NCBI GenBank assembly: GCA_027489375.1
Contig: JAIXZW010000009.1
Location: 8,461 to 72,460 of the forward strand
Source of the DNA: Paracoccaceae bacterium
GTDB lineage: Bacteria; Pseudomonadota; Alphaproteobacteria; Rhodobacterales; Rhodobacteraceae
Length of the DNA stretch: 64,000 bases
Direction of reading: 5' to 3'
Shown here piece by piece: positions 36,219 through 45,630 of the stretch. The position numbers and the translations under genes were made by a program. Positions within the stretch are counted from its first letter, which is position 1, and the number at the start of each line of letters is the position of its first letter. The notes below the pieces were generated by a model. The model was given only the letters and a program-made list of their open reading frames with translations, did no database searches and had not been told where the DNA came from.

Positions 36219-37529
36219 TCAGCCACGGGGGCTGTAGGGCCGGATCGGCGCAGCGGCCCCTGCTTTCGGAAAGCGCCGGAGGGCGTTTCGGGTTCCATGC
36301 TGCGGTGCAGAAACGCGGCGGCGGAGGCCGTCCAACTGGTGAAGAAGCAGGAAGGGAACGAGGAAAGACCCCGCCGTGTAGGGGGTAAAGAAGTCGATCT
36401 CGACCAAGGATCGCACGAGGAACAGCACCGACAGCCCCGCGACGATGGCAGCCGAGCGGTTTTGCGCCCGCAGCATCGTGGCGAGGGGGAGGAGAAGGAG
36501 CAGGACGCTCCAGAGCGCGAGGAGCGAGAGGCCAACGATGCCGAGGCCGACGTAGCCTTCGATCAGGGTATTGTGGAAGTGGAAGCCTGTCTGCGCCTCG
36601 ATGTGGAATTCGGTCCACAGTTCTTCGGCTTCGGCCCGCCCCGGAATCCAGAAGGCGTAATAGCCGAGGCCGAGTGTGGGATGGGCGCCCGCGAATTCGA
36701 TGCCACGGCTCCAGAGATAGGTGCGGCCCGTCAGGGTGGCGTCCTTGCCGAAGACGGCGAAGACGGTGTCGAGCGCGCCGAGCATGACGGCGGCGACAAG
36801 GCCGAGGGTGAGCAGGATGCCGCCCGTGGCGGTGGCGATGATGCGCAGGATGCGGGGCAGGTGCAGCACGCCGAGGGCAAGGAGGATGATCCCGAAGGCA
36901 AGCACGACGGTGATGACCGAGGTGGCCGATTGGGTGCGGGCCAGCGTGGTGGCGGCAAAGGCCCCGATGCCGAGCGCGGCGCAGGTCCAGACCAGACCCG
37001 CCTGTCGGGGGTTGGTGAGCGGATAGACGGCGGCGACGAGGGTGAGCGAGGCGAAGAGGCCGAGTTGGTTCTTGGAACTGAACGCCCCCGCAAAGGCGTA
37101 TGTGCCGTCAACGACGTCATAGGCGTAGGCACCGTTGAGCGTGGAGTAGATCAGGACGAGCAAGCCCCCGCCCAGCAGTCCACGGCAAAGTGAGGCGACC
37201 GAGGTGATGCGTGCTGCAAGAAGGCCGAGGAAGACGGTCGTCCCCCATTGGATCGCGGCGCGCAGGGTCGCGTCGGGCCGGTCGGACCAGAGGGTCGAGG
37301 CGGCAGCAAGGACGGGGAGGAGCAGGAAGGGCAAAAGGTTCACGGGTGCGCGGGCCATCGCCCTCGTCGGCCGCAGGAGCGCCGGAAGCCAGAGCGCATA
37401 GAAGAGCAGGATCGAGGCTTGGCCGAAGCGGGTGGAATAGGCGAAGACGAAGACCGACAGCGTGGTCGCAAGGCCCGCGTATAGCCCGTTCCGGTCGGGA
37501 TCGGTCAAAAGACCGGCGTCGATTTTCAT
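36219..37529 (-). CDS. O-antigen ligase/polymerase family membrane protein (ExoQ/Wzy-like)
   Basis: Polytopic membrane protein with a Wzy_C-like loop (TGRTYLWSRGIEFAGAHPTLGLGYYAFW). The start was set at ATG 37529. Confidence 0.75.
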   Translation of the reverse strand: MKIDAGLLTDPDRNGLYAGLATTLSVFVFAYSTRFGQASILLFYALWLPALLRPTRAMARAPVNLLPFLLLPVLAAASTLWSDRPDATLRAAIQWGTTVFLGLLAARITSVASLCRGLLGGGLLVLIYSTLNGAYAYDVVDGTYAFAGAFSSKNQLGLFASLTLVAAVYPLTNPRQAGLVWTCAALGIGAFAATTLARTQSATSVITVVLAFGIILLALGVLHLPRILRIIATATGGILLTLGLVAAVMLGALDTVFAVFGKDATLTGRTYLWSRGIEFAGAHPTLGLGYYAFWIPGRAEAEELWTEFHIEAQTGFHFHNTLIEGYVGLGIVGLSLLALWSVLLLLLPLATMLRAQNRSAAIVAGLSVLFLVRSLVEIDFFTPYTAGSFLVPFLLLHQLDGLRRRVSAPQHGTRNALRRFPKAGAAAPIRPYSPRG

Positions 37530-37695
37530 GGCTGTTGTCCGTCTGGCCTGTCCGCTTCGGCGTGATGGGGAAAGCGGTTTCCTGCCGGTCTGGTTCCGCA
37601 CCCCCGCCATTCGGATGTAAGGAGGGAACTTCGCGCAACCGCAGGGCTTCCTGTCGCGGACGGGCCGGTTTGCGGCCAGACGCTGGAGTAACAGG

Positions 37696-38463
37696 ATGGA
37701 TGACGGTCAATTGGCACGGGTCGGGCATTTCCGGCCCGAGGAGGATTTCGTAAGGCACGCGTTCCTCGCGGCCCTTCCTGCCGATTACGCAATCGGGCAC
37801 AAGGCACGGGCCGAAGGGGTCCGGCCCCGGCAGCCCATCGAGATTTCCGAAGCACCGGAATTGCCCAAGGTGCTCTTCGACCGCGTGGCTGCGGCCTTGG
37901 GCCTGCTTTTGCTGTTGCCGATCCTGCTGATGGTGGGGGTCATGATCTATGCCCGCGATCCGGGGCCGGTGCTTTATGCGCACAAGCGGATCGGGCGGCA
38001 CGGGCGGGTGTTCAAGTGCCTGAAGTTTCGGACGATGGTGCTGGACAGCGATTCGGTACTGGCGCGGCATCTGGCCGAGAACCCCGAAGCGGCGAAGGAG
38101 TGGGCGGCGACACGCAAGCTGCGGGCGGACCCGCGTGTCACGCGGATCGGGGCGAAGCTGCGGAAATCGAGCCTCGATGAATTGCCGCAACTGCTCAACG
38201 TGCTGAAGGGCGAGATGAGCCTTGTCGGCCCGCGCCCCATCGTGCTGGAGGAGGCGCGGCATTATGGCGAGGTGCTGGCGGCCTATCTTGCGGTGCGTCC
38301 GGGCGTGACCGGGCTGTGGCAGATCAGCGGGCGCAGCGACACGAGCTACGCCGAGCGGGTCGATCTTGACCGCAGCTATGTGCGCGGGCGGAACATGATG
38401 CTCGACCTCTGGATTCTGGCGCGGACGGTGATGGTCGTGCTGAAGGGGCGGGGGAGCTATTGA
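37696..38463 (+). CDS. undecaprenyl-phosphate sugar phosphotransferase (bacterial sugar transferase, ExoY-like priming enzyme)
   Basis: PVLYAHKRIGRHGRVFKCLKFRTMV...DELPQLLNVLKGEMSLVGPRP. Confidence 0.9.
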   Translation: MDDGQLARVGHFRPEEDFVRHAFLAALPADYAIGHKARAEGVRPRQPIEISEAPELPKVLFDRVAAALGLLLLLPILLMVGVMIYARDPGPVLYAHKRIGRHGRVFKCLKFRTMVLDSDSVLARHLAENPEAAKEWAATRKLRADPRVTRIGAKLRKSSLDELPQLLNVLKGEMSLVGPRPIVLEEARHYGEVLAAYLAVRPGVTGLWQISGRSDTSYAERVDLDRSYVRGRNMMLDLWILARTVMVVLKGRGSY

Positions 38464-39431
38464 AACCAGCGTTTCAGGAAGCCCAACCCCCACGCGAGAT
38501 GCATTGTCATGGCAACGGGGCCGGACAATAGCACGGCGGACCTGCCTTCCCTGACCGCCAGCGCGACACCGAGGGCAAGGCAGAGCGCGGCCCAGAGGAT
38601 GGCGGGCACTGCAAGGGCCAGCCAGAGCGGATGCAGCGCCGACAGGACCACACCTGCGAAGGCGGCGACAAGGGCGGGTGGGACCAGAAGCGGGGCCATC
38701 TGGCGCGGTCTCAGACGCATCCGGTGCTTGCGCGCCGTCGTGGCGCGACCCTCGCCGTGGCGCAGGTATTGACGGAACAGCGCGGCAAAGCTGTCACGGG
38801 GAACATAGCCGATGCGGGTGCGGCCGGTCAGCCAGATCGTATGCCCTGCGGCAGCAAGGCGGCGGTCGAGTTCGGCATCCTCGTTATGGCTTTGTGCAGG
38901 GTCGTATCCTCCGACGGCGCGAAAGGCGGCTATTCGCATGAGCGCATGGTGGCCGTGGTCGACGAAGCGCCCGCCGCCGCCGATGCGGTGGGCCGATCCG
39001 CCCGTGCCGAGCAGGCTGTTCTGCGCGGCAGCTACGGCGGCGGTGAACGGCGTGGGGCCAAGTGTCTGCATGGGCACAACCACGGAATCCGCCCCCATCC
39101 GCTGCATCTCGGCGATGAGTTCTGCAATGAAATCAGGGGGGTAGGTCGCGTGGGCATCGGCCCGCAGCAGAAGCGCCGCCGTCGTGCCATGTGTCTTGAC
39201 GGCAAGGTTGATGCCCGCCCCCTGAAGGCGTGCGGGATTGTGCAACAGGAGGATGCGGGGATCATTCAGGGAAAGTCCGAGGACGATGTCCTGCGTGCCG
39301 TCGGTGCTGCCTCCGTCCGCGACGACAAGGCGCGTGGCGGAGGGTGCACCGGTCAGAAGGCTTTCGATGACCGCACGGATATGTGCGGATTCGTTGAGGG
39401 TCGGCACGACGATCAGCAGGCTCCCGATCAT
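38457..39431 (-). CDS. glycosyltransferase family 2 (ExoA-like)
   Basis: MIGSLLIVVPTLNESAHIRAVIESLLTG...VVADGGSTDGT...NEDAELDRRL, with C-terminal TM segments. ATGA overlap with the upstream GT gene. The 250-aa N-terminal extension of the tracked ORF was rejected. Confidence 0.8.
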   Translation of the reverse strand: MIGSLLIVVPTLNESAHIRAVIESLLTGAPSATRLVVADGGSTDGTQDIVLGLSLNDPRILLLHNPARLQGAGINLAVKTHGTTAALLLRADAHATYPPDFIAELIAEMQRMGADSVVVPMQTLGPTPFTAAVAAAQNSLLGTGGSAHRIGGGGRFVDHGHHALMRIAAFRAVGGYDPAQSHNEDAELDRRLAAAGHTIWLTGRTRIGYVPRDSFAALFRQYLRHGEGRATTARKHRMRLRPRQMAPLLVPPALVAAFAGVVLSALHPLWLALAVPAILWAALCLALGVALAVREGRSAVLLSGPVAMTMHLAWGLGFLKRWFQ

Positions 39432-40588
39432 GCCGCCCTGCCCGAGATGGCGGTGACGAGGGCGATGCAATCCCCGTCGGTTGCGCGCCAGAGCGTCGGG
39501 TCGCTGTCGATCACGGCGCGGTGCAGGGCGGCGTAATGCGCGGGGCTGAGGGCGGAAAAGAGGGTGCATAGCTCCGAAGGATCGGCGCTTTCGAGCGCGA
39601 TGCCGACACCGGCGCGAGACAGGAAGCGTCCCGTCTCGACCCCCGCCAACGCGATGGGAACGGCCCCGAAAGCGGCGCATTCGTAAAGGCGGTTGGGCAA
39701 GAGCCAGTCGGAATTCGCTCCCTGTTCGTAAAAGTCGATGCACCACGCGAAATGCACGTCGCCGTAAAGCGCGGAAAGGTCCGAGGCCGCGTAGGGTCCG
39801 CCGAAGGACATATGCGGATGGTCGGCAAGTCGGGCTGGCAGGTCGGGGAAGATTGCGGTCGACGGTCTGCCACGCAGGCTGACCTTGACCCTTCCGCCCA
39901 TGTTGTCGGACAGGTCGGCAAGCATGCGGAACGACCGTTCGCAGCGCAGCGCGCCATACCAGCCGATACGGAAGGGCGGCGGCATCAGGCGGAGCGGTCG
40001 CGGCGTCTGGCCCAGAACCTTGTTTTCCACAAGCAGGATACGTTCGCCGAAGACCTGGCCGAGGTGCCGTGTGATGAAGGCGGGAGAGCTTGTCAGCACC
40101 AGATCGACAGATCGGGCGAGGCGGCGTTCCAAAGCGCGGATTGCCCCGCCTGCGGGTCCCCGTGCGATCAGCAAGCGGTGGATGTCGAGGCATTCGTAGA
40201 CCAGTCGCGGGCGGGGCGTCATGCCGTTTGCCACGGCTTGGCCGACAACGAGCATTTCAAGGTTGCGGGCGACGATGGCCGATGCGCCCGCAAAGCGCTT
40301 GCGAAGTTTCGGAAGATGCACGGCTAGGGTTTGCAGCACTGTCAGCGCACGGCGGGCAAGGCGGGCATCGGCGCTGTGGCCGAGGATCATGGCCCCCGCC
40401 AGATCGGGGGGGATGGCGCCGCGCAGGAGGCCTGCCAAAGCGACCTCGGCCCCGCCAAGGCGCAGCATCCTGACCCGCCGCGCAACAGCGGGGTCGGCCA
40501 GATCGTGCGCCAGATAACCGATCAGTGGCAAAGCCAGCGTCCCGCCTTGTTTCCAGACCAACGCAGGCCGCTTCGGACGGTTCCGCAA
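39428..40588 (-). CDS. glycosyltransferase (ExoL-like), start uncertain
   Basis: IGYLAHDLADPAVARRVRMLRLGGAEVALAG resembles, from memory, the ExoL-type N-terminus. It is co-directional and coupled with the exoA-like gene. The family was not verified. Confidence 0.55.
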   Translation of the reverse strand: MRNRPKRPALVWKQGGTLALPLIGYLAHDLADPAVARRVRMLRLGGAEVALAGLLRGAIPPDLAGAMILGHSADARLARRALTVLQTLAVHLPKLRKRFAGASAIVARNLEMLVVGQAVANGMTPRPRLVYECLDIHRLLIARGPAGGAIRALERRLARSVDLVLTSSPAFITRHLGQVFGERILLVENKVLGQTPRPLRLMPPPFRIGWYGALRCERSFRMLADLSDNMGGRVKVSLRGRPSTAIFPDLPARLADHPHMSFGGPYAASDLSALYGDVHFAWCIDFYEQGANSDWLLPNRLYECAAFGAVPIALAGVETGRFLSRAGVGIALESADPSELCTLFSALSPAHYAALHRAVIDSDPTLWRATDGDCIALVTAISGRAA

Positions 40589-40689
40589 AGATTGTCACAG
40601 TTTTATGCGAAGGCGAGGGAACGAAACGGACAAACGGGCGGTTCTGGCACCGGCAAGGCATGCACAGCGCATGCATATCGGAGTCTGAC

Positions 40690-42027
40690 ATGGCGTTCCC
40701 CTTCCCCACGCGCGTGCTGGTGGTTCCGGCGCTGGTCTTTGTGACCGCCTGCGTGCCTGCACCGTCGGCAGAGCAGGTCATCAAAGCATCAGCAGCACCC
40801 GCGCCGGTGTCGCAGATCGAGAGCAACGCGTGGTGGACCGCGTTCAACGACCGGACCTTGAACAACCTGATTGCAAGCGGGTTGCGGCAGAACCTGACGG
40901 TGCGCGAGGCGGTGGAGCGGATCAACGAAGCATCAGCCTATTCCCGCGTGACGAGCGGGATCGACCTTGGCGCGAGCGCGGGGTCGATCCGCGGGCGCGA
41001 GGATGGCGGGCCGATCGGGACGAGCCGGTCGGCGGCGCTGGAGGGCACCTGGCTGATCGACATCTTCGGCGCGACGCGGGGCAACCGGCAGGTCGCCTCG
41101 GCGCGGCGGGAGCAGGCGTTTTACGGGGCGGATTCGGCGCGGCTTGCGGTCGCGGGCGAGATTGCCACGACCTATATCGAATTGCGCTATGCGCAGGAGG
41201 TGCGGGCGCTGACGGGCAAGAGTTTGCAGAGCCGTCAGAAAAGCCTCGACCTCATCTCGTCGCAGTTCGACATGGGGGCTGCGACGCGGCTGGATGTGCT
41301 GCGGGCGCGGCAGTTGGTGGCGGCCGCCGAGGCGCGGCAACCCGCGCTGGAGGTGGCCTTTGACCGCGCGGTGAACCGGCTGGCGACCCTGACGCTGCGG
41401 CCCGCGTCGGAATTGCAGCCCTTGCTCCAGCGGGGCGGGGCGCAGCCGAAGGCGCGGTTCACGGCGTCGAAGGGGGTTCCAGCGGAAACCCTGCGGCGGC
41501 GGCCCGATGTGCAGGCGGCGGAGCAGGTCTTCGTCGAGCGGATGGCGCAGATCGGGGTGGCGCAGCGGGCGATGCTGCCGTCGATCTCGCTGCTCGGGTC
41601 CATCACCTCGCGGCAGGGGGGTGGGGAAAGCTGGTCCTTCGGGCCGCGCCTGAACCTGCCGATCTTTACCGGAGGGGCGGCGCAGGCCGATTTCAAGGGC
41701 GCGCAGAGCCGTGCGCGGCAGGCGTGGCTGGCGTGGCAGCGGACGGTGCTGGAAGCGGTGGAGGAAACGCGCAATGCGCTGGTCGCCTATCAGCGCGACA
41801 GCCGGAATATCGCCGCGCAGCAGAACCTTGTGAGCCTGAGCCAGGAGACCATCGACCTTGCACAGTCGAGCTATGAGCTGGGCGAGACGGATTTCCTGTC
41901 GATCCTCGACACCGAAGTCAGCTTGCAGGATGCGCGCGAGGCGCTGGCGGCGGCCGAACGGGACCGCGCGATCAACTATGTGCGGCTGAGCGTGGCAACG
42001 GCGGCGTCGATGCCGCCGCCGCGCTAG
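40690..42027 (+). CDS. outer membrane efflux lipoprotein (NodT/TolC family)
   Basis: Lipobox LVFVTAC. WWTAFNDRTLNNLIASGLRQNLTVREAVERI and two OEP repeats. Confidence 0.85.
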   Translation: MAFPFPTRVLVVPALVFVTACVPAPSAEQVIKASAAPAPVSQIESNAWWTAFNDRTLNNLIASGLRQNLTVREAVERINEASAYSRVTSGIDLGASAGSIRGREDGGPIGTSRSAALEGTWLIDIFGATRGNRQVASARREQAFYGADSARLAVAGEIATTYIELRYAQEVRALTGKSLQSRQKSLDLISSQFDMGAATRLDVLRARQLVAAAEARQPALEVAFDRAVNRLATLTLRPASELQPLLQRGGAQPKARFTASKGVPAETLRRRPDVQAAEQVFVERMAQIGVAQRAMLPSISLLGSITSRQGGGESWSFGPRLNLPIFTGGAAQADFKGAQSRARQAWLAWQRTVLEAVEETRNALVAYQRDSRNIAAQQNLVSLSQETIDLAQSSYELGETDFLSILDTEVSLQDAREALAAAERDRAINYVRLSVATAASMPPPR

Positions 42028-43313
42028 GCCCAGGCGGAACCGTCAGGGTAGCGGTGCGCGGCGAGGCTTCGGGGTTTCATGGTGATGGAATAGCCCGCCG
42101 CCGCGGGCGGGAGGTAATGGCCCGCCCGCATCTGCACGGGGGTTTCGAAATGCTCGTGCAGGTGGTCGACATATTCCAGAACGCGGTCTTTCAGGCTGGC
42201 CGAGACGCAGACGTAATCGAAGATCGACAGGTGTTGCACGTATTCGCAAAGCCCCACGCCGCCGGCATGGGGGCAGACGGGGACGCCGAATTTTTCGGCC
42301 AGAAGGAAGACGCCGACGATTTCGTTGACGCCGCCAAGGCGAGCCGAGTCGAGTTGCAGCACCTGTAGCGCATCGGCTTGCAGGAATTGCTTGAACATCA
42401 CGGCGTTCTGGCAGTGTTCGCCGGTTGCCACGCGGATCGGGGCGACGCCACGGGCGATGGCGGCATGGCCGAGGATGTCGTCGGGGCTGGTCGGTTCCTC
42501 GATGAACCACGGGTCGAATTCGGCCAGCGGGGCCATGTGGTCGATGGCCTGCTTCACGCCCCAGACCTGATTGGCGTCCATCATCAATTTGCGGTCCGGG
42601 CCGATCTCTTCGCGGATGATGCGGGCGCGGCGGATGTCGTCGGCGAGGTTGCCGCCGACCTTCATCTTGAAATGGGTCCAGCCTTCGGCGATGGCGACGC
42701 GGATCAGGCCGCGCATCTTGTCATCGGAATAGCCGAGCCATCCGGCCGAGGTGGTATAGGCCGGAAAGCCGTTGCTGCGCATTTCGGCGATGCGGGCGGG
42801 GCGGCCCGCGCGCTTTTCTTCCAGCCGTTCGCGGGCTTCGGCGGGGTCGAGCGCATCCGCGAGGTAGCGCCAGTCGACGAGGGCCACGGTTTCGGCAGGG
42901 GTCATGTCGCACAGGATGCGCCAGACGGGTTTGCCCTGCATCTTGCCCCAAAGGTCCCAGAGCGCGTTCACAAGCGCGGCGGTGGCAAGGTGGATCACGC
43001 CCTTGTCGGGGCCGACCCAGCGGAGTTGGCTGTCGCCCGTGATGCGCCGCCATGTTGCGCCCATGTCGGAAAACAGGTCCTCGACGGGGATATCCTTGAT
43101 CAGCGGGGCAAGGGCGCGGATGGCGGCGACGCACAGCTCGTTCCCGCGCCCGATGGTGAAGGTAAGGCCGTGGCCCGCGTGGCCGCCATCGGTTTCGATG
43201 ATGCAATAGGCCGCCGAATAGTCGGGGGCGAGGTTCATGGCATCCGACCCGTCGAGCGTGCGCGAGGTGGGGAAGCGGATGTCATGGGCGTGGATGGCGG
43301 TGATGCGGGTCAT
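42024..43313 (-). CDS. L-fuconate dehydratase-like enolase-superfamily enzyme
   Basis: ITAIHAHDIRFPTSRTLDGSDAMNLAPDYSAAYCIIETDGGHAGHGLTFTIGRGNE is characteristic of FucD-type mandelate-racemase-family dehydratases. Confidence 0.8.
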   Translation of the reverse strand: MTRITAIHAHDIRFPTSRTLDGSDAMNLAPDYSAAYCIIETDGGHAGHGLTFTIGRGNELCVAAIRALAPLIKDIPVEDLFSDMGATWRRITGDSQLRWVGPDKGVIHLATAALVNALWDLWGKMQGKPVWRILCDMTPAETVALVDWRYLADALDPAEARERLEEKRAGRPARIAEMRSNGFPAYTTSAGWLGYSDDKMRGLIRVAIAEGWTHFKMKVGGNLADDIRRARIIREEIGPDRKLMMDANQVWGVKQAIDHMAPLAEFDPWFIEEPTSPDDILGHAAIARGVAPIRVATGEHCQNAVMFKQFLQADALQVLQLDSARLGGVNEIVGVFLLAEKFGVPVCPHAGGVGLCEYVQHLSIFDYVCVSASLKDRVLEYVDHLHEHFETPVQMRAGHYLPPAAAGYSITMKPRSLAAHRYPDGSAWA

Positions 43314-43447
43314 GGGGCCGGTCCTGCGGGATTTTGGCCAGCGTATGCTGGCATGTCAGTTTGGCCAAAAGAATTTCGCGCGCGGTGCGACGGAAAGCGG
43401 GCAGGGCGGCGTGTCACGGGCAGGTCAACGAAAAAGGATGGTGTGAC

Positions 43448-43936
43448 ATGTTGCGTTTGCGTTCCTGGGCCACGCCCTTGGTGGTGGGGTCATTTGCCCT
43501 GATGTCGATTTCGGGGGTGTTGATGTTCTTTCACCTGAATACCGACCTGTCGAAGGGTCTGCACGAATGGGCGGGCTTTGTGCTGGTGGCCGGTGCGGTG
43601 GCGCATCTGGTGCAGAACTGGCGGGCGTTCACGACCTATCTGAAGCGGCCCGCGGCGGTGACGATCCTTGGCCTTGGCGCGGTGATGACGGCGGTTTCGG
43701 TGCTGCCCATCGGGGCTACGGGCGCGCCGGATGCGGTGCGGCCCTTGCTGGCAAGCGTGGGCTCCGCCCCCGTGCCGGTGTTGGCCGAGCTGACGGGGCA
43801 GAGCGCGGATCAGGTGATCGCAGAGCTTGTGGCGGCGGGCTATTCCGGCGTGACCGAAGAAAGCTCGGTCAAGGCGCTGGTGGGCGAGGATATCGGCGCG
43901 CAGGTCAACGCGCTGGCGGCGGTGTTTGCCGAATAA
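43448..43936 (+). CDS. DUF4405-like membrane protein
   Basis: MLRLRSWATPLVVGSFALMSISGVLMFFHLNTDLSKGLHEWAGFVLVAGAVAHLVQNWRAF. Confidence 0.6.
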   Translation: MLRLRSWATPLVVGSFALMSISGVLMFFHLNTDLSKGLHEWAGFVLVAGAVAHLVQNWRAFTTYLKRPAAVTILGLGAVMTAVSVLPIGATGAPDAVRPLLASVGSAPVPVLAELTGQSADQVIAELVAAGYSGVTEESSVKALVGEDIGAQVNALAAVFAE

Positions 43937-44047
43937 GCCCCGTTGCGGGCATGGAAGTTCCCCTTGCCCGCATGGCACGGCACGGCAGGGCAGGCGGGAA
44001 CCTCCTTCGGGCCATGTGTTGACGGAGGCACCTTTGGAGGGACCGCC

Positions 44048-44470
44048 ATGACCAATGCACTGATCTTCGAATTGAGCAAGGTGGAGGTGGAGCGTATCCG
44101 CCTGCGCGCGCTGTCGCATCTGCCGAATATCGACCCTGACCTTGCCGAAACCGTGGCTGCGGGGTTGGGGGTGTAGCTTCCCGAGGCGGCCATTCCGATG
44201 GTCGATCCGGTTGACCTTCCACCCTCGGACGCGCTGTCGATTTTGAAGATGCAGAAGCCGGGCTTCAAGGGCCGCAAGATGGGGATCGTGCTGACGGACG
44301 GGGTGGAGGACGAGGCTCTGGACGCGCTTCTGGCGGCGGTGAAGGCCGAAGGGGCGGTTGCGGCGATCATCGCGGGCGGATCGGCGGGGTGACGACGGCG
44401 GGGGGCAGCAAGGTCAAGGCGGACTTCGTGGCCGAGGCCGCACCCTCGGCGCTGTTCGATGCGGTGGCGG
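44048..44470 (+). pseudogene. katE: remnant of large-subunit catalase (HPII/KatE) C-terminal region, 5'-truncated and in three frames
   Basis: ALIFELSKVEVERIRLRALSHLPNIDPDLAETVAAGLGV is followed by a stop. In another frame comes SDALSILKMQKPGFKGRKMGIVLTDGVEDEALDALLAAVKAEGA. In a third frame comes GGSKVKADFVAEAAPSALFDAVAVL. All of these match the HPII linker and flavodoxin-like C-domain. The roughly 550 N-terminal residues are absent. Confidence 0.75.
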
Positions 44471-44799
44471 TGCTGGTTAACGGCGGGGGTGGTTATGGCA
44501 TCCGCAAGGGCTGGCCGAAGCGCAACCGGACCGATGCGGAGGCAGCCGCTCTCGAAGCCGTGGCCGAGACGGGGGCTGTGGGCGAGGTGGGCGGGAGGCC
44601 CATCGGAAAACTGATGTATTGGAAGGAGTTGAGCGCCGGTCGCGTGCGGGTGGAGGCCGAGGTTTATCCCTTTCGGGTGGAAAAACTGCGTCTGCACTGG
44701 AAGGAAGAGGGCGCGGTGCGGCGGGTCTGGGTTCCGGCGGGGGAAGCCGCCGAGATGGTTAAGGATGCGGCCCTCGCCGCCCTGATCGAAGGGCTTTGA
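44471..44799 (+). pseudogene. 5'-truncated NUDIX hydrolase remnant fused in frame to the last katE fragment
   Basis: RKGWPKRNRTDAEAAALEAVAETGAVGEV...RRVWVPAGEAAEMVKDAALAALIEGL resembles, from memory, alphaproteobacterial NUDIX proteins (PKGWP...EAAxREAxEEAGV...RxWxxxxEAAxLV). The REx2EE box has degenerated to LEAVAE, and the first ~35 residues are missing. Confidence 0.55.
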
Positions 44800-44800
44800 C

Positions 44801-44825
44801 GGAACATCCCCTGCACGCGGTGGTT
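44801..44825 (+). promoter_or_regulatory. possible EcfG-type promoter, imperfect (GGAAC-N16-GGTT)
   Basis: GGAAC at 44801-44805 and GGTT at 44822-44825, about 35 nt upstream of ATG 44860. Confidence 0.4.
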
Positions 44826-44859
44826 GTGGTCGCAGAACCCGAACCCCCTGGAGGACGCG

Positions 44860-45360
44860 ATGAAGACCAAAGAACTCGACACCCTGTTTCTGGAAGCGCT
44901 GAAGGACATCTATTACGCCGAGCGCAAGATCCTGCGCGCCCTGCCCAAGATGGCGCGGGCGGCGCAGTCGCAGGAGTTGAAGCAAGCCTTCCAGACCCAC
45001 AGGGACGAGACCGAAGGCCACAAGGAGCGGCTTGAGCAAGTGTTTGAAATGCTTGGTAAACGCCCCTCGGGCAAGACCTGCCCTGCCATCGACGGCATCA
45101 TCGAGGAGGGCGAGGAGATCATGGATACCTTCAAGGGCGCGCCCGCGCTGGATGCCGGTCTGGTGGCTGCCGCGCAGGCGGTGGAGCATTACGAGATGGC
45201 CCGCTATGGCACCCTTTGCGCCTGGGCCGAAGTGATGGGGATGCCGGATGCGGCATCGGTCCTGCGCCAGACGCTGGACGAGGAAAAGCGCACCGACGAG
45301 CTGCTGAACCAGTTGGCCGAAGGCACCATCAACCGCATGGCGCTGCAAGCTGCGGAATGA
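44860..45360 (+). CDS. ferritin-like YciE/YciF (DUF892) stress protein
   Basis: LFLEALKDIYYAERKILRALPKMARAAQSQELKQAFQTHRDETEGHKERLEQVFEMLG. An RBS (GGAGGA) is present. Confidence 0.85.
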   Translation: MKTKELDTLFLEALKDIYYAERKILRALPKMARAAQSQELKQAFQTHRDETEGHKERLEQVFEMLGKRPSGKTCPAIDGIIEEGEEIMDTFKGAPALDAGLVAAAQAVEHYEMARYGTLCAWAEVMGMPDAASVLRQTLDEEKRTDELLNQLAEGTINRMALQAAE

Positions 45361-45434
45361 CCGCACGCGGATGCACACCTGATGCAGACGCGTGGCACGA
45401 AAGGTTAAGCGGCTGGCAATCTTTGCCCTGCGAA

Positions 45435-45466
45435 AAAGGGGCTGCGGGGAAACCCGTGGCCCCTTT
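45435..45466 (+). terminator. probable terminator hairpin
   Basis: AAAGGGGC / GCCCCTTT (8-bp stem) enclosing a CGGGG-AAA-CCCG sub-stem. Only a short T-tract follows. Confidence 0.5.
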
Positions 45467-45630
45467 GCCTTGGTCCGGCATGCGACCTGAAACCAGTGCA
45501 AAGGGTTCGGCAAGAACCCGCGATGAGGGAAAGCCCTGACAGAACCATTCGGGAAGTTCCGTGTTGAACCCCCAGCAGGCCGACGCGGCCTTGCCGACAA
45601 CCGCCATGCGGAAACGAAAGGAACGTCACG

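Noticed and set aside
38457-40193. 578-aa version of the exoA-like ORF, and similar long N-terminal extensions (35291-36535, 16951-17823, 17517-18551, 6177-7589, 14238-16103)
   Set aside because: The extensions are Arg/Pro-rich, overlap the upstream gene or its promoter, and lack an RBS. Internal ATGs with good RBSs (often ATGA-coupled) give family-typical N-termini.
45540-45575. AGAAC-N17-GTT upstream of the secreted PRC-barrel gene as an EcfG promoter
   Set aside because: The -35 element lacks the first G and the -10 element lacks the C. That is too degenerate to call.
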